A DNA stretch of 64,000 bases, taken from NCBI GenBank assembly GCA_965153285.1, contig OZ229117.1. One strand, given 5' to 3'. Of the stretch, positions 49,033 through 62,816 are shown piece after piece (positions within the stretch are counted from its first letter, which is position 1; the number at the start of each line of letters is the position of its first letter). Source of the DNA: Podarcis tiliguerta. Its lineage: Eukaryota. The notes beneath the pieces were generated by a model. The model worked only from the letters and a program-made list of their open reading frames with translations. It was not told the origin of the DNA and searched no databases. A program made the translations under genes and the position numbers.

Positions 49033-51449
49033 AAGGTCTTATGTTGAATTCATGGCAAAACTGAGAAAGAGTCTCATAAACTTTGGATAGCTGCTGCCAT
49101 TCAGAATACACAATACTGAGCTAAATGGCCAAAGGTCTGACTTAAACTATTCCCTATGTTCCTTATGTACATGCATTTGTTTTAAAACACATCCTGTTTT
49201 TTTCTGTTTCAACAACATTCAAAGTAACTAACAAAATAAGTATCAGCTACACGCAAAAGAAAGCAAATACAATAAAAAATTATATTTCAATAACCAACAT
49301 TTGCTTAACATTTATCTTCAGCCAAGTGTACAATATACACTCTATACAATACACTCTCTGGTTATCTTCAGAAGTTTAATATCCTAGACCAAGTTGGCTC
49401 AGAATAGGCGGAGGTGCTGCCATTTTAGGGTTCAACAGGGAGTGTAAAAATAAATAAATCAGAATTAGAAAAGGAACTGAAAGAAAAACGAACAGCAGGC
49501 TTCAAAATCCTGGTCTTGGACACATTCAATATTAAATTGGGGGGAAAGCAGCCCTTTTTAAGAGCCATATTCCCCGCTCTCTAAATGATGCACCTGGCCA
49601 GAGTTATAGCACAACACCATAAGTGCTTTGGGATCTGTTCATATAGCACATCTCACTCTATAAAACCTTTACAGCATGGCAGTCCTGGTCAACCGCAGCC
49701 ATAAAAGAATACCAGGGTGATGATGCTATATAAATGGATCTCCCAGTTCTTGGCTGCTGGTCACCTGCATTTCTGCACACAGCACCGCTGAACTCACCCT
49801 AAAGAGGTTTGAAATTTTGCAGAAGGATCTCATTTATGGTACAGTTGTGGGATCACTTTATGATGCATGTGCTCAGTCAGCCATCTTTTGTGCTAATCCA
49901 GGGATGGGGAACCTTAGGCCTGCGGGCCAAATGTGGCCCTTCATGGTCTTCCTATGTGGCCCTCAAGACCCCCCCTAGGTTGCACAGCTGCATGAGTCAT
50001 AGCTCACCAGTTATGCGTTTCAACTTCCTTGAGTGTTTTTGCTTAGCAGGAATGTCATTGCACTTTTATAATGCCTGTTGCTCACCTGAATCGAGGATAG
50101 AGAGGGATATTGTCAGTCTGAAGTGCCTACTGTAGAAAAGGAGCATTCATTTATTTTTACTGTATATGAAAGTATTTATATATCACCCTCTTGCAAAACA
50201 TCAGGGCAGTGTATTTAAAAATTATACAGAACGATCATTAAAATAACTGGCCACTCAAAAAAATTCTGAACAGCTGCATAGGTCTGTCAGCATAAAAATA
50301 AAAAGCCTTGAAGAGATGCTTGAAAGTCAAAAATGAGGTTGCCTCACATCTCTACTGGAATGGAGCTCCACAGCATCAGAGCAGTGACACTTAAATTTCC
50401 CGAAAGTCTTCTTACCTGAAAAATTTCTGCTTTATGTGATCTTTTCACAATGTAAAAATCACTTCTGGAAATCTAGAGGAATCTTGTAGAAGTTTAGTGC
50501 CAGTTCCCATGTTAATTGCTTACAGGGGAAAAATATGTCTGCAACCCCATTAACCCAGAAAAAAACATGGGCGTTTCGCTCTGTCCCTGCTTCTTTTCAT
50601 TGCTCATAACGCCACCACTCACATGAGAAAATTTGGGGTAATATCCCAGCATATAGTTGTTTCTCACTGTTGTTCATGGGTGAATCATGAGTGAGCAGAT
50701 GTGCATAGAGGGTGCTGACATGTCCAGTGATGTCTAGTGTTGTGTCAGACCATGGCTAGTGGTGTGAATGAAATTCAGTTTGACATGGCAGTATACCAAT
50801 CAAAAAGCCACAGTTCCAATACGCAACAAGTAATGCAGTGTGAAAAGGAACATTAGGAACAGGGGCAGAAGCGCTAGCATTCTAACCAGGAAAACTAACG
50901 TAATCATCCCCGTGTCCGAATGCACCCTACTTGAGGTCAGTAAAGTAACAGCACGCCTCCGTATGAGCTCAGTTACTGGGCTGCGAGGCAAGAGTTCCAG
51001 TGATCCTTAAGGAATCATGGACCCAAGTTGCTCAGGGCATGGTACAGCAACACTTTCTTGAAACTAGCCTAGCAGCCAGTGTAGATGTTTTAGCAAAGAT
51101 TTCACATGCTGTCAGTCGTCTGCCCGCATCAGCACTTTAGCCATTGCATTCTGCACTAACCAGAGCTTCTGGACATCAGTGGTTTGATGAATGCAGTTGT
51201 TGATTTAAATATTTTTAGGCCACCTCTTAGGGCAAACATCCTCCCTCAGAGTAACTCAGATAAAAACTTTGAGACACAATAGACACAATCAAAAAAATTG
51301 CAGTGACTGTGAACCAGTCGTTTAAAACAGCATTATATATTCCAACAACAACAGACCAGCATCATATGATTAAAAATTGGCAAGGAGACTTTAAAACAGT
51401 GTCATAATGGCAGAACCATAAAGACTTCAGGGGAAAGCCATTCATTTAT

Positions 51450-51860
51450 TTATTACATTTCTATACCACCCATATAATCAAATTCTCTGACAGGGTTACA
51501 GACCTTTAAAACACAGAATAGAATACAACACTGAGAAGATAAAAGAAGACTAAAACCAATTGTAAATAAATCAAGACAGCCAAGACCTATACAACTAAGG
51601 AGCATTTTAAAACCAAAATAAAAAAGCAAGAGGAGTAATAATTTAGTGTAGTGATCTAAAGGTATGAAACATAGATGTACCATTATAATTAAAATTTAAA
51701 ATCATGGGAGAATAAAAAGGTCTTCACCTGACACCTAAAAGTCCATAGCATCAGCTTCAGGTGAGGCGCTCTAGTGAGGTCATAGTATACATGGGGCACT
51801 ACCACTGAAAATGCCCTTTTCCTGGTAACCATTTGCCATACCTTAGTAGGCTGGGGAAGC
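51450..51860 (-). mobile_element. Old L2 3' fragment
   Basis: Translates to RAFSVVVP..FRCQVKTFLF; similar L2 remnants at ~41780-41950, 47490-47710, 50150-50390 and 56700-56820. Confidence 0.55.
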
Positions 51861-54444
51861 CTATATTCCTGCATATAGATTTGTGCACACAGGAATGATG
51901 TATTGAAACTGGGGGAAGCACCATCATGCCTGATCCCATCCATGCATTTAATATACACACACTTTAAGAATAAATAGGAGCTGTATAGTATAGTTCCTGG
52001 GTTGGCGTGAGTCCACACGGAACAATCCAAGGTCCCCCAAATCACCGGGGGGGGGGGGGAATAAGACTATACCATTGTATCACCTTGGCACCATCACTTA
52101 CAGGTGAAACAAGTTCTTGCACACAAGCTTTGAATTTTAACAAGACTTTGGGTAGCAATGTTTCTACTTGGCTCATGGATTTGACTCCCTCCCTGTTAAG
52201 GCACATTATAAGAAGTCAACTGCCATTAGAATTTACAAACAGATGAAGAAAGAGAGAGAAAAAGGACACATATTAACAAGAAGTCTTAATATAGCCAAAT
52301 AAATATTTATGAATGCTATCTAAATAGATGCAAATACCACATAGATATATCAGCTTAGTTTCAGCATGAGCCCCATCATTAAAGTGCAGTTGGCTTTCTA
52401 GAACATTTAGAAAAGGCATTTCAGTGGAGGGAGCAACATGTTTCAGAGACTGACCCCTGGAAACTCTTCTGTTTGCGTCTGGTCTTCAGCTCAGTAAAAA
52501 AGATTTCCTATTGAGGGATTATCCAGGAAGGCCTTGGTCTACTATTGTAGGTTGTGACCTTAGTTATGGGACTTTATCTTGCATACCAATTGGGATGTCA
52601 TGTCACTCCATTTAAAGTATAACTTGGAAACTAATTAAAAACAAAGATTTAATGCTTACCAAAGGATTCCTGGTGAGTTTAGGATGACTTGACTAGGTTG
52701 TAAAAGGTAGATTAGGCAGACACTGCCCTGCCACCTTCATTTTCCTACTCATGTGAGTAACCCTCTTGGCACACATTTACAAAGCTTTCTTGTTTAGCAG
52801 AAGGAGGCCAGACCTTGCAGGCTTCTTTTGGCACTCTCTGCCTGTCTCCAGCAACTTTATCAACAGAGATATTTTAAGTGGATTTCTTCCATTTGAAACA
52901 ACCAAGGCAAATGTCTTGAATGTGTAGAAGATGACACAGCAGAGGGGGCAAGGCTTGGCAGTGCGCCCCTGCCTTCTTTCGTGTGTTTGTTTACAATTCG
53001 GGTCTACCAACCCTGCACCAGCCGGCTCCTCCTATGGCTCCTGCAAAACGTCTCAGTAAATATCTCCTCATAAATCCCACATGAAATGAGATTGATGGGT
53101 GGTGCCCACACCATTTTGTGTTCGTGTGTCTTGTTCTGCTTTTCAGATGTGGCAGCCATTTTGTGGCGCCCACGGCACTTCCCCAACATTCCACATCTAC
53201 CCACTGCCCCTCAAATGGTGGACCGAATGCCTGAATAGGCCTTGCAATTGCCCTGAGAGGACAGCAAACGGCTAATTATTTATTATTGTTGTGTTTTTAT
53301 TCCTAGGAAGAAGTACTTGAGGGATTTTATGCCTCAGATGCCAAAATAACTTGGCCAGCTGGGGTAGCATGAGCCTTGACTTCGGAAGTTGAGAGGGAGG
53401 GGCAACTGTTTTGTGTTCCTCTTCAGCAGGGCTTTTCTTCCTCTGGAACTCACCAGAACTCAGTTCTAGCACCTCTCAGCTGGGCGCTGTTGCTATTGTA
53501 AGGGAGGCATTCACTGTGAGTTCCAGCACTTCTTTTTCTAGAAAAATAGCACTGCTTCAGGCAGCAAAATGGCTCAGACTAGCCCTGTTTGTAGTGTTTC
53601 TGGCAACATCTGCACTATACATTTGCCCAAGCTCCCCCCCCCCAAATAAAACCCCTGGAGCCAGCTCTGGTTATAATGCAGTTCTCCCATGGTAAAAATA
53701 TGTATTGGGAAGGCACTAAATGAAAAATGGGAATATTTATGTGACAGTATTATTAGGAGGCAAACTGGAAACAAACATTTGACACTCAAGCACTGGAATG
53801 CTGTAAAAAATTTAATTAGATGGATACATTAGTCATCTTTACATTAAGGGGTTCATACAGAACATACAAAAAATGCATGCTCTGGTGCTAAAGAAATGTT
53901 TAAATCTTTCCTGTAAATACCACTTCCCTCATTATTGGGAAATGAAGTATCAGTGGGACCATTGGCCATGTCTGTGTATTTACAAAATATGGTTGATATG
54001 AGATTAACAGGACTTATTGAATGGGTTTCTTCCCTAACCAGCTTACAAAAGCCCATTTTAAATGCAGATTTGTAAAAATAAAAATAAAAAAAATGTTGAA
54101 ACAGGAGGCTGGCATTATTTATAACTACAGTAATCTCATATAAGATGGAGCTCTTGTAGTGAGATGAAGAAGCAGATCTTCATTGGAACACAACATGGAT
54201 TGCTCCGATTGAAACAAATCTTGTCTGTTTACAAAGCAAACAGAAAATAAATCCCCTCCCTGAAACTTCAGGGGGGCATGGTAGTATAACATGTTTGGCA
54301 CAGATGCGATAAAACAGATTTGTTTTCCACCCAAGATTTAAATGTTTGTGAGTCCACAAACTGCCTTGAAGGATTTACAAGAATCCTTTCACATTTGCTT
54401 GGGGTAGCTGTATGTCTCCTGTTTGCCATCTGAGGAATATTATA

Positions 54445-54662
54445 CAGTGGTACCTCAGGTTACAGACGCTTCAGGTTACAGACTCCACTAACCCAGAAAT
54501 AGTACCTCGGGTTAAGATCTTTACCTCAGGATGAGAACAGAAATTGTGTGGTGGCGGCAGCGGGAGGCCCCATTAGCTAAAGTGGTACCTCAGGTTAAGA
54601 ACAGTTTCAGGTTAAGAACGGACCTTCAGAATGAATTAAGTTCTTAACCCGAGGTACCACTG
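54445..54662. mobile_element. Tc1/mariner MITE
   Basis: TA-CAGTGGTACCTC..GAGGTACCACTG-TA. Confidence 0.85.
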
Positions 54663-56354
54663 TATACTGGAAATGAGAAACTGTTGAAGTGTTATTTTTG
54701 GACTGGGTTGTCTTGGGACTCACACAAATCCACTCCATCTCTATTCACAAGAACAATGAAACTGTGCAGAAGCAACACTTACACACATACCCTGAGTGGA
54801 TGGATCTCCTCTGGTCCACTGCAACCTGTTTCCTCTGAAGGAGGTTAGGGTTCTCTGAAAGATGATTTTCCAGCTGTGCAAATTCACCATTAGACACCCC
54901 ACACTAAAAAGCCAAATAAACACCAAGTGTGCTTTGCTCTTTGTTTACACTCTGGAGGTTTACACTCAGTGGAGGTTTCCTCACAGGATTCCGTAGTTCT
55001 ACTATATATTTTGGAAAATGATTTATCTGTCTGTTCGTTCTCTATGTGTTTGGACATCTCTCAATATATCATCACCAAACTTGGCATCCGGGTTCCCAGA
55101 GTAGTATCTATTGATGGTTGGATGCTGGCCACCATATTGATTCAATATGGTGGACTGCAACATGGCTTTGATGTGACTTCACCTGATTTCTTACATGATG
55201 GGACAGGCCCAAACTCAGAAATTACATTATCCATTTAAAAATTACAAAGATTTTTGGTTTCTGAAAATTCCCAGGCAATGCCAGGCACTCCCCGCTACTC
55301 TAATATACGGCCATAATTCATTTATGAATCTGACTTAGTTCCGTAACTAACAGGCACAAAAAAGAGTACTTTAATGGTATTTACAAGGATACCCAAAGAT
55401 AAAGGTGAAGAAGAGGAGGTTTGGGCCAAAAAGAAGTTATTTTGATATGGTTTGGGCAGTTTGTTTTAAGTATGGAAGCTCAGCACATTGTGCCCTTATA
55501 TAATTTGTGTACATGCCTCCCCATCAGTGCCTGTCATTTAAGTGCTTAATAAACACATACACCTAACTGATTGATGTATGCTGTGGACTACAACTACCAT
55601 CAGATCCAGTTGCCACAAACAATGTGCAGGGATGATGGGCCTTGGAATCCAACAATTTCTGGAGAGCACCACATCGGCTACCAGTTCTGCCTTTCACAAC
55701 AAACTCCATACCCTCCTAAACAGAGAAGCCAAAGCAGTGCCTTACAGATGTTGTTCGACTCCAGCACCCATCATCACTGGCCACGTTGGCTAGGATTGAT
55801 GGTAGATGGAGTCCAACAATATCTGGAGAACACCATGTTAGCAACCCCCATTATAGAATTTCTCCAGCTATCCTTTTCCACTGCCCCATTTTTTTATTTT
55901 ACCGAGAAGACTCACCTTACTGGTCTGTGCTGCCTACTTATAGTAAACAGTTTGAGAAGGGTCAAAGCACGGGAGGGAACAAAGCAAAACGCAATAAGGA
56001 CAGTTTGGAATCTGGTGGAGTTTGTGCCTCAGGAAGCAGTAAATCATCCACACATGGCAGGATTGGCAACATGACAAATTGAGTTTAAGGTTAAAGAAGG
56101 CTGTTTGCAAATCTATAAAGAGAGTGGGGAGAGGGAAGGGTTGTTTGGACTCTTTGCAGAAAACAGAATTTAGGTCCAATCTGCACATTATGGGGAGGTG
56201 CGTAAATGTTGCTGACCTGGGTTATGTGCAGTTCATACCTTCTTATGGAAAATACAAATTTTTTTTGGCATGCATTGCTGATAAGTACCTGGACGCATGA
56301 TATCGTGGAATATTTATGGCCAAGCTGAGGAAACTAAGTCTCAGGCAGAGCACA

Positions 56355-56535
56355 GGACATAAGAAGCTGCTTTATACAGAGACACGCTATTGGACTATCA
56401 GCACTGACTAGCACAGGCTGTCCAGGTTTTGAGACCAAGACTCTTTTCCCAGCCCTACCTGGAGTTACTGGGGATTGAACCTGGGACCTTTTGCATGCAA
56501 AGCAGGTGCTCTGTCACTGAGATATGGCCCTTCTC
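56355..56535 (-). mobile_element. tRNA-derived SINE (Squam3-like)
   Basis: gggattgaacctgggaccttttgcatgcaaagcaggtgctct (reverse tRNA-like head). Confidence 0.7.
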
Positions 56536-57138
56536 CTTAAAAAAAAAAAAAAAAAAAGGCTGCACAAACTGAAGACTTCAGTACCAGAACTTATTTTTAT
56601 AGGAATATGCCATAAGCGACTTAGCAGCAAATATCAGAAAGACCATCCCCTTCTCCCCTCTCAGGTTCTGAGATTGGCATAGGGGGTCATCTTGGGGTGC
56701 CTCTGCCCTCAGAGGCTCTGCGGGGGGTGAACCTGGAAGTGGGCATTATTTGTGGTGGTGCTTTGCAGAACTCCGTCCCCACAAAGGTGCTTCTGGCACT
56801 TTCATTATACAGTTTCTGGCTTTAAAAAATAGCAAAAGTATATGAAAATGTGGTAAAATGAACTTAAGGTAGGAAGAATGTAAGTCTGAAATGGCAGTTG
56901 ACAGATTGGTTAATCTCTATCCCAGTAGATGACTTTTAATCTAGACAATTTAGGATATTAAATATGAGGATATGAAATGCAGAGTAGACCTATTATCTAA
57001 CCCGTATCTGGCTACAGAAACAGGCATGCCTATTCTCTGCCTACTGATCATCATACTATGCTTAGTTTGCCAAATTCTGAAAGTTACTTACAGTCTAACT
57101 GCCATCTGAACTAATTGTAAATAGGACCAACGACCTGC

Positions 57139-57183
<45 letters not shown>

Positions 57184-57192
57184 CGATAACTA
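57139..57192. repeat. (CTAA)n microsatellite
   Basis: Direct reading. Confidence 0.9.
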
Positions 57193-58079
57193 ACTGCAAT
57201 GAAATGGCCGAGGTAAGGGAAAATAATGTATAATGGACTGAAAATGTTTAAAAGACCTGTTTAAAAGACTTGGAACTGATTTAATTCAAATGTAAAGAAC
57301 AGACCAACAGAGAAGCCCGCAAACACACTGCTCCCAGGGCAAAAGAAGTTACACAGGCAAAACGCAAAGCTTTGTTTCCCTCTTTTATAGACTTTCAAGG
57401 CACTTTCCTTGCTGCTGTGATTGGAGGGTTCTGTGTGGAATAAAGGCCTATCAGAGTGTTGTACACTTTAGCTACAATGGGGCCCATTCATTTTCATTTT
57501 TCATTTGTTAAAAAAAATGAATGCACACCCCTAATGCTTATTCATTGCACTTGACTCATGAAAAAAGAAAAAGAAGATGCTTCTATCTGAATGCAGCTTT
57601 AGGAATGTAGACTCCACAAGCCTTTGTAGGTCAAAATCTGGCAATAAAAGTTGGCTTAATAAAAACACTGTCTTAGTCTCTCTCTCCCCCTCCCTCCCTG
57701 GGATCAAAGCCAATGAATAAGTGAGCAGGAGAACTACCTAATGAGCCATTGGCTTGAGCAGTCGGCTTTGGCTGTTTTCAATGTTTGCTTAGCTCTTGTC
57801 TGTCCAAAGAGCTGATCACACGGTAAAACTGTTCCCTGCACCGTCCCACATCAGATGGCTAATGGAAGAACACGTTTGACTGTCTCTCCAAAGGAGACAA
57901 GGAGGAAGATGAAGGAAGAATCACTGTACCTAAATGTTAACAAAAATGTCCTACTGCTGAAGCTTCTGTTCTCCCTGGAAGAGAAACTGCCACTGGCAAA
58001 TAGCACTTTGGACAGGGAGAAGGGTTTGGGGGACCATGAACTGCTTTTTCTGAGCACTGTGGTCCTGACCCTGATGAAG

Positions 58080-58445
58080 CCCATGCAGCTTTAGGATTAT
58101 TCCTGCTCTCCAGCACATTGAAGGTAGATGGTTGTTTGGTATCAAGGGACGGGGTCTTTTCTGCAGTGGCTCCACCCAATTGGAATCTTATTCCCTAGGA
58201 AATGCATATGATCCCATCACTGATGACTTTTAGGAGGACTCTTAAGACATTTTTATTTAAATCCACTCTTTATTAATGGCTTAGTTTTGAGGATCATTAG
58301 TGCTGAATTTAAAAGGGTATTATGTAGGTTTTAATTTGACGGTTTAATAAATTATTAACTTTTCTTTTTGTACTCTGACTTGGAATAGCAATGTGCTCTG
58401 AAAAGTGGTTTAAATGTCTCTTAATTAAGATAAATAAATAAATAA
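58080..58445 (+). mobile_element. Old L2 3' fragment with (TAAA)n tail
   Basis: gggtcttttctgcagtggctcca..tggaat..ttttaggaggactcttaagacatttttattt, then aataaataaataa. Confidence 0.6.
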
Positions 58446-58464
58446 GTCATCTATTTTGACCCTT

Positions 58465-58703
58465 TGTTGTTGCTGTTGTTTAGTCATTTAGTTGTGTCCG
58501 ACTCTTCGTGACCCCATGGACCAGAGCACGCCAGGCACTCCTTGTCCATGGAGTTTTCTTGGCAGGGATACTGGGGTGGCTTGCTGGTTCCTGCTCCAGG
58601 TGGATCACGTTTGGTCAAAACTCTCCACTATGACCTGTCCATCTTGGGTGGCCCTGCACTGCATAGCTCATAGCTTCTCTGAGTTATTCAAGCCCCTTAG
58701 TGT
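58465..58703 (-). mobile_element. Short BovB (RTE) derivative, Bov-A-like
   Basis: (CAA)n tail, gtgtccgactcttcgtgaccccatggac BovB 3' end, 13-bp TSD TATTTTGACCCTT (58452-58464, 58704-58716). Confidence 0.75.
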
Positions 58704-59299
58704 TATTTTGACCCTTAGTGTTCTATATTTTGCCATTGAAAAAGATGTTGGGGTAGCTGTTAATGCAGTTCTGCCTCCTCATCTGTAGTCTGAAGTAGTT
58801 TGACACATGAACAGTGTGGTCTCTCTCCTGGACTTAAAGCAGGTACAGAGTTTTGTGAAGAAGAGCCTGCTCCACCATCAAGGCAGGACTTTGAGGCAGA
58901 AGCCCAGGCCCAAACCAGTAGAATGAGAAGGAGGGGGCCTACACAGTAGTGCCATGTGTATGTGTGTATGCCTGCTTTGTCTATTGTCCAGGTGCTATTG
59001 CTGATGGGCAACTTCAAGGCCCCTCCTGCTATATCTTTAAATGTACTTGGACTGGGCAACCATTCAAATGGAAGAGGACCATTCTCTATAAAACAGGAAA
59101 CATGGCTATCCTTGTCGATAACCTCCTTCTCCATGAATTTCTCTAATCCCCTTTTAATGCTGTTTGAGCCCACAGCCGTCACCACTTCCTGTGGCAGCAA
59201 ATTCCATCAGTTAATGACGTATTGTGTGAAGAAGTACTGATAACAGCTAAGCCCCCTTATTACGCAGCCATTTCAATAGCCATGAGACATAAAAGATGC

Positions 59300-59495
59300 T
59301 GGGAATATAGGAAGCTGCCTTATAAGCAGACCATTGGTTCATCTAGCTTGCTACTGTCCACACTGACTGGCAGGAGCTCTCTAACATTTCAGCCCAGGGT
59401 CTCTTCCAACCTTCTCAGGAAATGCCAAGGATTGAACATGAGGCCTTGTGCAAGCAAATCAAATGCTTTTCCACTACCCTATGGTCCTTTCCCCA
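59300..59495 (-). mobile_element. tRNA-derived SINE (Squam3-like)
   Basis: aggaagctgccttata..gaccattggttcatctagc..ggattgaac. Confidence 0.65.
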
Positions 59496-59609
59496 AGAGC
59501 ATAACCATTTCAGGAACAATCATGGGAAGCTGCCTTCTACCACGTCTGACTACGATGCCTGTGTTTCACTTCCACTGTCGGAGGCTGAATATCAGTTGCT
59601 TGAAAGCTC

Positions 59610-60182
59610 CAGTGCCGGATTATCAAATAGGCAGAGTAGGCACCAGCTCATACCCTCCAACATTTATCCGATGAAAATAGGGACATCCCATTCCATAAGG
59701 ATAATTTTACTATTTATATCCCACACATCTTACTGGGTTGCCCCAGCCGCTCTGCGCAGCATCCAACATATGTAAAAACATAATAAAACATCAAACATTT
59801 AAGAAACTTCCCTATATAGGATTGCTTTCAGACGGCTCAGGGGTCGGATAACTCCATACCCTCAACATTTCTCAAATGAAATTAGGGACATCCTAAGGAA
59901 AGTGGGACATTCCAGGATCAAATCAGAGACTGGGACAGCTTTTCTAAATCAGGGACATCTCTGGAAAATAGGGACACTTGGAGGCTTCGCTGGCCTATGG
60001 GCCCCATGCCTTCTAGGGGCCCCGCCACAACGGATCAATATAATATTGATTTGATCTTGAAAGTAAATTACAACCAAGCTTTCTTAGTTCAAGGTTATCC
60101 TATTACAGCACACACACAAGGGCCTCCCCTGCCCCCCAATTTTGACTGCTTAGGGGCCTCCGCAGAGTTTAATCAGGCACTA
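59610..60182. mobile_element. hAT-like element with a nested second element (~59649-59987)
   Basis: Outer TIR CAGTGCCGGATTA..TAATCAGGCACTA with degenerate TSD gaaagctc/ggaagcac; inner CATACCCTCCAA..TTGGAGG with repeated gggaca motifs. Confidence 0.55.
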
Positions 60183-60724
60183 GGAAGCACAAGTGGATAA
60201 AGCAGTGGCTCTCAAAGGGTGTGGCGCACCACACTGGTGTGGCAGGAGAGGATGGCAAGTGTGGTGGGAAAATGCAATGACAATCCAAGAAACTTCTAAA
60301 CACTTCAGTGTAGAACAGAATCATGGAGTTGGAAAGGACTCTGAGGACCATCTAGTCCAACCCTCTGTAACACAGGAATATGCAGCTGTCCCTTTAGGGA
60401 ATCCAGCAAGTATTAATCTTTTATTTTTTATTAATTTGCAGAATATGAATAGATATCTTTTCAACATAAAGAACTGCTAGGAGTCATTTCTTTTTGTTTT
60501 CCAATGCACTTATCAAGGAAAAAACTGGTGTGGAGAGAGGAAAATTTTATTCTGAAAGTGTGGCCCAGAGAAAAAAGTTAGAGAACTCCTGGGATAGAGT
60601 GATGCTGTGCTGAGGTCCTGCTTTTTGAGCTTCCCATAGGCATTCAGTTGGCCACTGTGAGAGCAAGAAACTGGACTAGATGGGCCATTGGTCTGGTCCA
60701 GCAGAGCTCTTCTTACGACCCGTT

Positions 60725-60885
60725 GGTTCATCTAGCACAGTATATTGTCTACACTGACTGACAGCAGCTCTCCAGAGTTTCTGACTTGTGGCTTGCCCAG
60801 CCCTACCTCGAGAAGCCGGGGATTGGACTTGGGACCATCTGCATGCAAATCAAATGCTCTGCTGCTGAGCTACAGTCCTTCCCTT
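60725..60885 (-). mobile_element. tRNA-derived SINE (Squam3-like)
   Basis: Family motifs as above. Confidence 0.65.
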
Positions 60886-61474
60886 ACTACAGAATGAAGC
60901 AGTGCTGTGAGGGGGGGGGGCAGGATGAGAAGGACTCACACTGGAGCTTTGCAGCGGTCGATTCACCGGCTGCTATTAGCGTGCTATGTAAACATCACTT
61001 AAAATGGTGTATCAGTGAGTAAGTGGTAATCCATTTGAAACAGACAACTATTTTATGCAGAGAGGAATGAGAGGGAACTATTTCTAAGTCATTTTAATGG
61101 CCCTGTCTGTAAACAATTTTCCGCTCTCTCCTGCTGCCCTCCCTCCCGCTTGGCACGCTGCCTCCCTCTTCCCCACCAGCAGCTGTGTGCACTTGAATAG
61201 TAAATCAAACACCCTCAAAACTATTGTCCTGAAATATTTCAGAGATTCCTCTCGGCTGTTCCTGGTCTCTCTGCCTGGCAGGAAATGATGTAATACCAAT
61301 CAGATTCATAAAGCTGATTTTTCCAGAGCGACTGCAAGTGTGTCCCAGGGCAGTTTTCCCATGGTACACGGCGGTGCCAAACAAGGGACATACAAGAAAA
61401 AAAGATTAGCAATATCATTCATATTGATTTCTTCCATGCTCTTCCCCATGAGGTCCCAGGGCAGGTTACGACAA

Positions 61475-61665
61475 CCTAGGAAGTTGCTTTATAGTGAGTC
61501 AGGTTTTGGTGCATCTACCTCAGTATTGTCTACACTGACTGGCAACAGCTCTCCAGGATTTCAGGCAGGCTTCTCTCTCAGCTCTACTAGGTGACTCCAG
61601 GGTTTGAACCTGGGACCTTCTGAATGCAAGGCTGATGTTCTACTACTCAGCTACTGTCCTTCCCC
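61475..61665 (-). mobile_element. tRNA-derived SINE (Squam3-like)
   Basis: Family motifs as above. Confidence 0.65.
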
Positions 61666-61701
61666 CATAAAAAAATAAAATATTAAAAATTCCATGCATT
61701 C

Positions 61702-61704
<3 letters not shown>

Positions 61705-61740
<36 letters not shown>

Positions 61741-61796
61741 CCAGATTAAAATCAGTTAAAACAATTTACAACCGGAAGAATGAGGTAGATCCTAAT

Positions 61797-61824
<28 letters not shown>
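61705..61824. repeat. Two (CA)n microsatellites
   Basis: Direct reading. Confidence 0.9.
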
Positions 61825-61827
<3 letters not shown>

Positions 61828-61874
61828 TCAAAGGCCACAGTAAAGAGGTGCGCTTGACAAAAATAGCTTACAGG

Positions 61875-62089
61875 AATGCAATATATTTCGGGAAATAGTT
61901 TTGCAAATATGTGTATAGTAGGAAAAGTAGCATACAAAAATATGTATATTATGAGAAATTTGCACTAAAATGCTGATGAATTTTCATGATTAATTAAAAA
62001 TATATCACAAATTGATGTGGAAATGTGGAGAACCGAACTTAAGTGAGAAACTGAGAGAATCTGAAATTCAAAAAATCTGCCCATTCCTA
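61875..62089 (+). mobile_element. hAT-like family A copy (3' part)
   Basis: aatgctgatgaattttcatga..atctgcccattccta. Confidence 0.6.
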
Positions 62090-62816
62090 TAGAGGGGTAG
62101 ATTTCTGTTGAACATCTGCAGAAATGTCTTGAAGATCAGAACAATATTATAATGGAACAAATTATGTGGTTGGTGTTTGCTGGCCAATTCCTTGCTAGAG
62201 GTTTCCAAGCAAAGGCTGAGCAGCCATCTGTTGGGAGTGCCCAGCTCTTGTTTCCCTGTATTGAGCAGAGAACCTATAATGCTCCCTCCACCTCAATAGG
62301 TTGTATCCAATGCTAGTACTACTCAGAGGAGACCGATTAAAAGTGAATAAACATGACTAACTGAGAGCCATTAATTTCAATGGGTCTACTCTGAGTAAAA
62401 GTTGTTTGGCAACAACCCAGTGATTCCACGACTCATTCCATGACTCATTACATTACACTTGTCTGTGTGTGTCCAGTTTTCATACGTAGAATTGACTTCA
62501 GACCAAGTCAAGATGTTGAGGCAGGCCCACTTCTCCGTTTACCTGTCCCTGTGCTTTTGTTTTTATGACTCTTCAAATATTTGTGCTTGGGATTCTGGCC
62601 ATAACAACAAGTTGTAACGAACCGTTGCTCGTCATTTTACCCACAGAACGGCAATTCCCAAATTTGAGTTTCCCGTCAATTTATTGCATTATTACTTACC
62701 GGTTGTGAAAGGTAAAAGCCAGAGGGCTTAGGATAAATGAGGATATTTTGTCTTCCCATGAGTGACTTCTTCTTCCTTTCCTGGCAGAGAGTTTATTGAG
62801 GGCCAAACCACACACT

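Noticed and set aside
55571-56074. 167-aa ORF (and the 166-aa ORF at 63456-63956)
   Set aside because: The first runs through MITE and CR1 remnants; neither has protein-family features
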